Shown here: positions 56,771 through 64,000 of the stretch, piece after piece
How the letters are laid out: each line of letters opens with the position of its first letter
Position numbering within the stretch: the stretch's first letter is position 1
Assembly: GCA_040400605.1 (NCBI GenBank)
Contig: JBBAPZ010000006.1
Span: 9,385 to 73,384, forward strand
Origin: Candidatus Sericytochromatia bacterium
Lineage (GTDB): Bacteria; Cyanobacteriota; Sericytochromatia; S15B-MN24; JAQBPE01
DNA: 64,000 nucleotides
Direction: 5' to 3'
The notes under the pieces: model-generated
Databases searched by the model: none
What the model was told of the DNA's origin: nothing
Seen by the model: only the letters and a program-made list of their open reading frames with translations
Program-made: the position numbers and the translations under genes

Positions 56771-57475
56771 CTAGCTCAGCCACTGCTTCGCGGTTTCAAT
56801 TCGCGTATGGTAGTCAGTTGCAAACAGATGTTCCGCGCGAGGAATTAGCCTGGGAGACAGTGCCGTTGCAGGTTTGAGGCAACCGATAACCGTCTGCGTG
56901 ACCGGATGGTGGGCCCATTGCAACATCGCTTCCGGCCGCATGCGTGCAGCTTGACTCCAATATCGCTCAGATGCTCGATAATAATCAAGGCCTTCAGACG
57001 CCTTAACGGCGACACAGCAATGCCCTGCGATTTCAAAAGCCATTGCCATGCACGCAACTTCACCGTTGTCGTTTTGATTGAGGCTTGTGATGTTGCGTAT
57101 CCCCTCTTCCACGAACAGCAACGCACGCACACCCGTGGCTTGAGCCGTTCGGGTTCGCTTGGCGAGTTGGTAAAGCGAGGCTGCCCACAGCAGATCGAAG
57201 ATCGTCTGGTGAAAAGAACCAAAGTCCGTTGTGTCATAGCGCAGAATTTGATCACCCGAATGCCCAAGGCCAAGTTTTCCTTGGGCATGAATCTCAAGAC
57301 AACGCGCTGCCTTGAATGCGTCTCCGATTGAGAGAAGGTGGTGCACGATTCGCTCAATTTCTTGTCGCGAACGGCCAAGCGCAGCAACAATCCAGTCCGA
57401 TACATCTCCTGATGGCTGCGTTGATGCAGATGTCTGTTGTTCCGGAAACCAGAGCTCTACGGTTTCGTCCTTCAC
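56771..57475 (-). CDS. Hypothetical all-helical protein
   Basis: Long ORF 15 bp upstream of the J-domain gene. Start GTG 57475 chosen from a GAGG RBS. Confidence 0.6.
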   Translation of the reverse strand: MKDETVELWFPEQQTSASTQPSGDVSDWIVAALGRSRQEIERIVHHLLSIGDAFKAARCLEIHAQGKLGLGHSGDQILRYDTTDFGSFHQTIFDLLWAASLYQLAKRTRTAQATGVRALLFVEEGIRNITSLNQNDNGEVACMAMAFEIAGHCCVAVKASEGLDYYRASERYWSQAARMRPEAMLQWAHHPVTQTVIGCLKPATALSPRLIPRAEHLFATDYHTRIETAKQWLS

Positions 57476-58052
57476 GTGACAGGCCTCAATTGAACATTGA
57501 CATACAACACCATAAATCAGTTTTACCCCACCGCCCGTCGGTTGTTTCACCGGAAGCCATCAGATTCGCAGACAGCCCGTAAAATCGTTGCGGCAACAAT
57601 CGTGGTCGTCACTCCTGAAATCGGTTTCGTTCGCCTGGCATCCTATTGCGGCTCACTGTACCCTGATGAGTGAAGCCGGCTGTTTTGCGTAACCTTGCCT
57701 GGGTCATTCACCGGATTCCGTCATGGTTTGTGACTGGCAAAGTCGCGGACTGACACTGACCACGGGGTGTTCATGAATTTGACCTGACGCGAAACGCTTG
57801 GCATGGCCACAGCGTCAGCAGCGAATCTTTATGGTTCCTGGCGTTCATCAAACCAAATGATTGTGTGTTGGGAGTCCGTTGTAACAGTGCAGCCCGCAAC
57901 ACCAGGAGTCGAGCATGTTGCCCTTGCGTCTTGGTCTGGTAGTTGTCGCCTGAACAGTGAAGTTGATGGTTCCGGTGTCTGGCCTTGGTTATGTTGATTC
58001 GGTGTTTCGGGTACAACATGGCTGTGGGGATGGTTTGAGGAGTATCGGAATC

Positions 58053-58325
58053 GTGATTGATGAATTGCTCAACCATATTGAAAATGCATCAACAATCAAT
58101 AGCCATGAGCTTTGCCAGGTGTTCGGGGTCTCTCGGCCGATGATGGAACGTTTATTAATGTTTTTGGAAGATGAGGGGCACATCGTTTTGGATCGCCCTG
58201 CCTCGCATTGTGGTGACAAAGGCTCGTGTGGATCGGGTAGCGGAGCCGCCGCTGCCATGAACGCGATGGCGATTGCGGCGCGGCAGCGCAACGCTGATCG
58301 TGTCACGGACCAATCATTGGTGTGA
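58053..58325 (+). CDS. FeoC-like winged-helix protein
   Basis: GAGGAG RBS. Sequence I.ELL..I......S.EL...FGVS..M.E.LL.FL...G.I...C...SC resembles FeoC. Confidence 0.6.
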   Translation: MIDELLNHIENASTINSHELCQVFGVSRPMMERLLMFLEDEGHIVLDRPASHCGDKGSCGSGSGAAAAMNAMAIAARQRNADRVTDQSLV

Positions 58326-58375
58326 GTTTGTGAGCCCTCTCAGGCCGGCAGTGCGTGATGGTGTCTTTGCTCCGG

Positions 58376-58409
58376 GCCGGTTTACCGTTCACCGGCTGTT
58401 TTTCTTTTT
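58376..58409 (+). terminator. Probable Rho-independent terminator
   Basis: GCCGGT-loop-ACCGGC-TGTTTTTCTTTTT. Confidence 0.6.
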
Positions 58410-58573
58410 CGTGCGGGTGTCACGCTTGCGGTAGCCTATTGTCATTGTGAAAACATCTCTGCTCCTGTGCTACCATGATTGGGCGTGGTCGCTGCAGATG
58501 CTGAGGGAGTTGTTTACCTGCGGACCGCACCAGGATCGAATCAGACTGTTATTGCCATTGAGGAAGGTCACAC

Positions 58574-59890
58574 ATGACGACGAGTGCGCCCCTGACATTC
58601 ACGACAATCCGGCATTTGAATGCCTGTGTTGGGCAGGAAGTGACGTTGCAGGGTTGGTTGTACAACAAGCGATCAAGTGGCAAGATTCAATTCCTGATTG
58701 TGCGTGACGGAACCGGGACCGTTCAGGCGGTGGTGGTCAAGAAAGAGGTCAGTGAGCAAGATTGGGAGGTGGCGTCTGGTCTGACCCAGGAGTCGAGTGT
58801 GAGGGTGACGGGTTGGGTCCGTTCCGATGAGCGATCGCCGCTTGGTGTTGAGTTAACGGTCACCAAGGTGGAACTGGTGCAATTGGTCAGCGAAGAGTAT
58901 CCCCTTTCTCACAAGGAGCACGGTGTGGACTTTTTAATGTCCCATCGTCATTTGTGGATGAGAACGCCTAAACAGGCCACGATTCTGCGGATTCGTCACA
59001 CCATTGAGCGCGCTTTGCGGGCCTTTTTTGATGAACAGGAGTTCGTATTGGTGGATGCGCCTGTGTTAACGCCGGTCGCTTGTGAGGGAAGTTCGACCCA
59101 GTTTGCCACGGACTATTTTGGTGACCCGGCTTTTTTGACGCAAAGCGGGCAACTTTATATGGAAGCCGCGGCATCGGCGCTTGGCAAGGTGTATTGTTTC
59201 GGGCCTACTTTCCGGGCGGAAAAGAGCAAAACCCGGCGTCATTTGACCGAGTTCTGGATGCTTGAACCAGAGATGGCTTTTTATGATTTAGAGGCCAGTA
59301 TGGAACTGCAGGAGCAGATGTTGGCAACGGTGGTTCAGACCGTCCTTGCGAGGCATCGCGCAGAGCTTCAAGATGTGCTGGGCAGGGACGTTGCGGCGCT
59401 TGAGAAAGTACAGGCACCTTTCCCGCGTATCACTTATGACGAGGCATTGGTGCGGTTAAAGGAGGCTGGGCAGTCGGTGGTTTGGGGCGACGATTTTGGT
59501 GCACCAGATGAAACCGTGCTGGCGTCACAGTTTGACCGGCCGGTGTTTGTGACGCATTATCCTGCAGCGTGCAAAGCCTTCTATATGAAGCCTGACCCGT
59601 CCCGGCCGGAGGTCGTGTTGTGTGCTGATTTGCTTGCGCCGGAGGGCTACGGAGAAATTATTGGCGGTTCGCAGCGTATCGATGATTTACAGGTGCTGGA
59701 AGAACGGATGTCAGCACACGGAATCCCGCGAGAGCCTTTGGCGTGGTACCTCGATTTGCGTCGATATGGAACCGTACCTCACAGCGGGTTTGGAATCGGG
59801 CTTGAACGCACGGTTGCCTGGATTTGCGGTTTAGAGCACGTTCGAGAGACGACACCCTTTGCGAGAATGCTGACGCGCATTTACCCGTAG
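58574..59890 (+). CDS. asnS: Asparagine--tRNA ligase
   Basis: OB-fold [16 protein letters not shown]; motifs [34 protein letters not shown] and PHSGFG.GLER. Confidence 0.95.
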   Translation: MTTSAPLTFTTIRHLNACVGQEVTLQGWLYNKRSSGKIQFLIVRDGTGTVQAVVVKKEVSEQDWEVASGLTQESSVRVTGWVRSDERSPLGVELTVTKVELVQLVSEEYPLSHKEHGVDFLMSHRHLWMRTPKQATILRIRHTIERALRAFFDEQEFVLVDAPVLTPVACEGSSTQFATDYFGDPAFLTQSGQLYMEAAASALGKVYCFGPTFRAEKSKTRRHLTEFWMLEPEMAFYDLEASMELQEQMLATVVQTVLARHRAELQDVLGRDVAALEKVQAPFPRITYDEALVRLKEAGQSVVWGDDFGAPDETVLASQFDRPVFVTHYPAACKAFYMKPDPSRPEVVLCADLLAPEGYGEIIGGSQRIDDLQVLEERMSAHGIPREPLAWYLDLRRYGTVPHSGFGIGLERTVAWICGLEHVRETTPFARMLTRIYP

Positions 59891-60118
59891 ATTGGGTCTT
59901 CGCCTTCGCCTTGTCCCATTTGGCTTGTGACACTTGCGGCTAATATTACTGGTGTGTTATGTCAATTTGATTGGTAGGGGTTTGAATGAACGTGGCAGGG
60001 GTCACAGCCAGTTTGGACGTGTCGACGTAAGCTTTTTGGTTGATAGGATGCTCGCGTGTCCTGGTTGTTGGGCTACCCTTAAAGGGTTGCGTCTGCTTCG
60101 ACTGTTGGAGGGGGACTG

Positions 60119-61414
60119 TTGGTGGCGGTACAGTTTGCAAAGGCTTGTGTTGCCGGTCTGATCGTTGCGTGGTCCTCTTTTGCGTCGGTGGCCAGCGCCA
60201 ACCCGATGGCTTATCCGCAGGTCAAGGCGCAAGCGGCTGTGGTGATTGATGCCGGCAGTGGTCAGGTCTTGTACGAAAAGAACGCGCATATTCAAAGAGC
60301 GCCCGCGAGTACCACCAAGATCATGACCAGTTTATTGGCTGTTGAAAGTGGCCGTTTGGATGAATGGGTAACGATCAGCAAACGTGCGGCTTCCGTTGGT
60401 GAGTCAACCATTTATTTGAAAGAGGGGGAGCGCCTGACGCTTCGTGACTTGACCTACGGGGTATTGTTAAACTCAGGCAATGACGCGAGTACCGCTGTGG
60501 CGGAGTATCTGGGAAGTGGGAGTGAGGCGCGCTTTGTCGACGCCATGAATCGTCGGGTCGCGGAGTTGGGGTTGCGCCATACACACTTCAGCAACCCCCA
60601 CGGTTTGCCTTCAGAGAACCATTACTCGTCAGCTTATGATTTGGCGATGATTTTGCGTGAGGCGAGTGCGTACCCCGAATGGCGTACGGTTGCGCAGACC
60701 CGCGTAAAGCGTATTCCCTTCAAAGGCAAGGCAGATGCCCGGCTGTTGCGTAATCACAACAAGCTGTTGTGGCGCATGCCTGAGGCACTTGGCGGCAAGA
60801 CAGGTTATACGGTGGCGGCAGGAAGGTGTTTTGTGGGTTCCGCTCGTCGTGACGGCCGTTTGGTGATCGAATCGACGCTTGGGTCGAGCGAATTGTGGGA
60901 TGATTCCCAGCGATTGTTGCAATTTGGCTTGAGCGCGTTTGAAAATGTCACGGTGGTTCGCAGGGGAGAAATCGTTGGTACCGTGCCCATCCAGGCGGGT
61001 TCGGCGCGGGTGGTTGAAGTGGTTGCTCCCCGGGATGTTCAGGTATCCGTGGCGCGGGGGGCACTGGATTTGCAGGCATTGCAACAGGTATGGCAATTGC
61101 CTGATGAACTGCGCGCGCCAGTCGATCAGAACCAACCCGTCGGCCAATTGGTGGTCAGGCACGGGGCCCGGGTGCTTCAGACCGTGCCATTGGTCGCCGC
61201 CCAGGCCGTGCCACTTGGCATGTTGCAATGGGGTTCACTGTCCTCGTTGATCTTCCCTGGCGTCGGCTTGGCTGGTTTGCTTACCGCCACACGTATCGTG
61301 TTGCGATTCAGGGCTCGGTTGCGGGCGAGACGTCGGCGTGCCCGTGCGCGACGACTTCAGGCAGGTGGCAACGCGCATCCGTCAACACGCAAATCAGTGA
61401 GGCGGGCGTCGTAG
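60119..61414 (+). CDS. D-alanyl-D-alanine carboxypeptidase (S11, PBP5-like)
   Basis: Motifs PASTTK (SxxK), SGND, F.NPHGL and GKTG; PBP5_C domain, C-terminal TM helix and Arg-rich tail. Confidence 0.93.
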   Translation: MVAVQFAKACVAGLIVAWSSFASVASANPMAYPQVKAQAAVVIDAGSGQVLYEKNAHIQRAPASTTKIMTSLLAVESGRLDEWVTISKRAASVGESTIYLKEGERLTLRDLTYGVLLNSGNDASTAVAEYLGSGSEARFVDAMNRRVAELGLRHTHFSNPHGLPSENHYSSAYDLAMILREASAYPEWRTVAQTRVKRIPFKGKADARLLRNHNKLLWRMPEALGGKTGYTVAAGRCFVGSARRDGRLVIESTLGSSELWDDSQRLLQFGLSAFENVTVVRRGEIVGTVPIQAGSARVVEVVAPRDVQVSVARGALDLQALQQVWQLPDELRAPVDQNQPVGQLVVRHGARVLQTVPLVAAQAVPLGMLQWGSLSSLIFPGVGLAGLLTATRIVLRFRARLRARRRRARARRLQAGGNAHPSTRKSVRRAS

Positions 61415-61528
61415 TGTCCTCGACAACATCCCGGCCCGACGAACTCACTCACGGGTGAACGTCCAGTCGGGGATAACGATCGTGTGTCGGCATCGCTGAG
61501 CCAACAGCGGTATGATTTTCAATGGCGT

Positions 61529-62359
61529 TCAGGATGCTTGCGGCCCATCGTCCCATGTGAGTGGACCAACTTGCCCGCCACGGCATTCTTTGAGTATGGT
61601 TCGCGCCGTGCGTGGTATATCGGCTTCGCCACCAATTGCAAGGTAACCTCGGTGGCGGGCGATCGATTCCAGTGTTGTACCACCAAGGGTTTTCAGCACG
61701 TCTTGGCCGCGCATTGCGAGCAATGCGATCGCAGCCTCGGCAACCTCCTCAGGTTCATAGGCTTCCGTGCTGACCGCGCCCGTGATGGCCAGTTTTAATG
61801 CAACGGTCTCCTGGTCGAGTTTGGGCGGTATGATACCGGGTGTGTCCATCAACTCAATGCCAGTCGCGATGCGAATCCAGCGTAAGTCGCGGGTGATGCC
61901 CGGTTTATCACCCACCTGGGCAATTCGCTTTCCCGTCAGCTTATTAATCAGTGAGGATTTGCCGACATTAGGCAGCCCCACAACCATCACGCGAATGGGC
62001 CGCGGCAGACGACCCCGTTCACGCATGCGTTGATCGATCACTTGTTTGACTTTTTCCAATGACCGCTTCAAACTTTGCAGATTGTCGCCTGTCTGTGCAT
62101 TGACAGCAACCACCTGCAATCCACGCTGCTCGTATGCCTGCATCCACGCCCGTGTCAGCTCGGGGTTCGCCATATCGGTTTTGGTAAAAACAAGAATACT
62201 GGGCTTGTCTCCCAACAAGCGCCGCGTCACGTCAAAGCGGCTGGTCTCCGGCAAACGGGCGTCAACCAGTTCCAATACCACATCAATGAGCTTTAACTGC
62301 TCTTTGAGCCGGTTTTGCGCTTTGGCGATATGACCGGGATACCAGTTAATCAAAGGCAT
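61529..62359 (-). CDS. rbgA: Ribosome biogenesis GTPase RbgA/YlqF
   Basis: Motifs [27 protein letters not shown] and DTPG (circularly permuted GTPase). Confidence 0.95.
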   Translation of the reverse strand: MPLINWYPGHIAKAQNRLKEQLKLIDVVLELVDARLPETSRFDVTRRLLGDKPSILVFTKTDMANPELTRAWMQAYEQRGLQVVAVNAQTGDNLQSLKRSLEKVKQVIDQRMRERGRLPRPIRVMVVGLPNVGKSSLINKLTGKRIAQVGDKPGITRDLRWIRIATGIELMDTPGIIPPKLDQETVALKLAITGAVSTEAYEPEEVAEAAIALLAMRGQDVLKTLGGTTLESIARHRGYLAIGGEADIPRTARTILKECRGGQVGPLTWDDGPQAS

Positions 62360-62390
62360 ATTTGGCGAGTCTGCCGTTTTCTACCCGACG

Positions 62391-64000
62391 TCAAGGACAC
62401 TTCAGGGAATTTTGATTGGGGGCATTTTCCTGGTAGTTCACTTCCTGTGAGATTTGTTCGACCGCGCGAACCAATGCATCAATGGTTTCCGGTAAAGGGC
62501 GACTATCGGTGTTTGATAACAATCCCAACAAATACAGCAGATAGTGGTGCTGGATGCTTCCGACCGCCGTATGCATCAAGGATCGGATATCATCAGGTGC
62601 GGGTTGACACGGATTGGTGGCACCCACCGTCATCAGTCCGATGCCCTCCAGCAATTGACGGCGGATCCGATCATTGACCGACTCGCATTCGAACGGCGTT
62701 GGGGAACTGACAGTGAATGATCCGTCTGGTTGGTACTCACTCCCTTCGCTACGATTGTACAACGAGACGAGTAAATCAACGACATCAGTGGGTCGTTGAA
62801 TGTTACAGATCGGATACGGCCAAACAAAATCCTGCGGCAAATCTCGCAACGCGTTGGTAATACGCGCTTGACCAACGGGTTGTTTAAGTGTCAACGCCGT
62901 CTGATGACGTACCTGCCGCGCAAGATTAATCAGGTGCCCAAAAGCGTTTTCGGGCGGTCGGCCCAATGCGCTGAAATACGCTGGGTACGGGTGACGCGCA
63001 GCGTCCATCATCACATTTTGCATCGGGGGAGCAGAGGCGATTAAAATGCCAGACATTCTCAGGCTGATCTCGCGCAGTCCCGCCGGACTGAGCCTTGGCA
63101 TACCATCCAAAGCATCAACGAGGCGTTTGAGATGGGGTATTCTTCGTGCCACTTTTAAAGCGATCGCATCGTTAAACTCCGCATCGCGTCGCAACTCCTG
63201 ATAGATATCGTGCCCGATGCCCTGCATAAAATAGCGCACCATGGCCGTGCTGTCTTCATTCACGATGATTCTCGATGGCGGCGCAGCGGCGTTCGCAAAC
63301 ATCTGATACTGCAAACGCGGGTTGGCGTTCGCAAGTGGTTCGCATTGAATCAGATATGTCCCTTGATAATCTTGTGGAATGAACAGTTCAAACTCGCCCC
63401 GGGTATTGCTGTATATCTTAAAGACGGGACGCCCCTGCGCATCTTGACCGATCGGTACCAAATCATTGGTATAAGTGTCGCGCGCACGCACGACCATGCC
63501 AGCAGCCGGTAGCAATAACCCTCGCTGCGGTTGGACCCACCCGCCTTTGGTCGACACGGACAGCAACTGGCGTGCACGGGCTGGACCAGCCTCCGACACA
63601 ATCACATTACCGCGCCCAGTCGCCAAAACCGTGCTGCCATCCCTGCCAATCAGCGACGCGCTGTCATTACCAACCAGCGACGCGCTGTCATTACCAACCA
63701 GCGATGCACTGTCATTACCAACCAGTGATGCACTGTCATTACCAACCAGCGACGCGCTGTCATTACCAACCAGCGATGCACTGTCATTACCAACCAGCGA
63801 TGCACTGTCGTTGCCAACCAGCGACGCGCTGTCGTTGCCAACCAGCGATGCGCTGTCGTTGCCAACCAGCGATGCGCTGTCGTTGCCAACCAGCGATGCA
63901 CTGTCGTTGCCAACCAGCGATGCACTGTCGTTGCCAACCAGCGACGCGCTGTCGTTGCCAACCAGCGATGCGCTGTCGTTGCCAACCAGCGATGCACTGT
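62391..64000 (-). CDS. Hypothetical protein with (SASLVGND)n octapeptide array; 5' end beyond the window
   Basis: The 411-aa ORF frame continues without a stop through the repeats to the window edge (...SASLVGNDSASLIGRDGSTVLATGRGNV...). Confidence 0.8.
   Translation of the reverse strand, partial: SASLVGNDSASLVGNDSASLVGNDSASLVGNDSASLVGNDSASLVGNDSASLVGNDSASLVGNDSASLVGNDSASLVGNDSASLVGNDSASLVGNDSASLVGNDSASLVGNDSASLIGRDGSTVLATGRGNVIVSEAGPARARQLLSVSTKGGWVQPQRGLLLPAAGMVVRARDTYTNDLVPIGQDAQGRPVFKIYSNTRGEFELFIPQDYQGTYLIQCEPLANANPRLQYQMFANAAAPPSRIIVNEDSTAMVRYFMQGIGHDIYQELRRDAEFNDAIALKVARRIPHLKRLVDALDGMPRLSPAGLREISLRMSGILIASAPPMQNVMMDAARHPYPAYFSALGRPPENAFGHLINLARQVRHQTALTLKQPVGQARITNALRDLPQDFVWPYPICNIQRPTDVVDLLVSLYNRSEGSEYQPDGSFTVSSPTPFECESVNDRIRRQLLEGIGLMTVGATNPCQPAPDDIRSLMHTAVGSIQHHYLLYLLGLLSNTDSRPLPETIDALVRAVEQISQEVNYQENAPNQNSLKCP
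63637..64000 (-). repeat. 24-bp coding tandem repeat, at least 14 full units plus one degenerate unit
   Basis: Units begin with CTGTC at 63661, 63685, ... 63973. All variation among the full units is synonymous in the SASLVGND frame. Confidence 0.97.

Noticed and set aside
57730..57760. c-di-GMP-I riboswitch (GGCAAAGTCGCGG)
   Set aside because: The upstream GNRA-capped P2 stem and the GACGCAAA junction are missing.
57663..57800. Hammerhead ribozyme (CTGATGA ... CGAAAC)
   Set aside because: The GAAA lies about 120 nt away, and I could not build stems I-III around the core.
58326..58573. T-box leader for asnS
   Set aside because: No AAGGTGGTACCGCG-like T-box sequence. The hairpin present is better explained as the terminator of the upstream gene.
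63650..63997. ORF-track protein (HRWLATTA)n
   Set aside because: This is the wrong frame of the repeat. Substitutions are non-synonymous here but silent in the SASLVGND frame, which joins the downstream ORF.
63637..64000. CRISPR array
   Set aside because: The units are contiguous 24-mers with no unique spacers, the variation is synonymous, and no cas genes are present.

Overview
Chromosomal housekeeping window from a moderately GC-rich diderm bacterium. I found no rRNA, tRNA, CRISPR array, transposase or prophage. The core content is a complete 14-gene NADH:quinone oxidoreductase operon (nuoA-N, 39.4-53.5 kb), a pdhABC-lpdA cluster, aroA, asnS, rnhA, rplS, clpS, rbgA, a PBP5-like carboxypeptidase, a PilT/PilU ATPase, a PolX-PHP, two unrelated asparaginase families and many predicted lipoproteins. 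By inference, the cyanobacteria-style SLH porin, ClpS and ABC1 kinase, together with a full NuoEFG module and no photosynthesis genes, suggest a non-photosynthetic relative of Cyanobacteria (Sericytochromatia-like). The most interesting items are: (1) a co-oriented LysM-PilZ-SLH porin-lipoprotein-pseudo-DNA-methyltransferase-DUF4388-mglB-mglA cluster; (2) a protein with a synonymous-only (SASLVGND)n octapeptide array running off the right edge; (3) a recurring TTAA-N7-TTA(A/T) motif in four intergenic regions; (4) a candidate 6S-like rod RNA at about 7.8-8.0 kb; (5) a decayed duplicate of the nuoA 5' end forming a short uORF; (6) two small proteins missed by the ORF track; (7) a polymerase-dead PolX. 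All calls come from reading motifs by eye; no searches were run.
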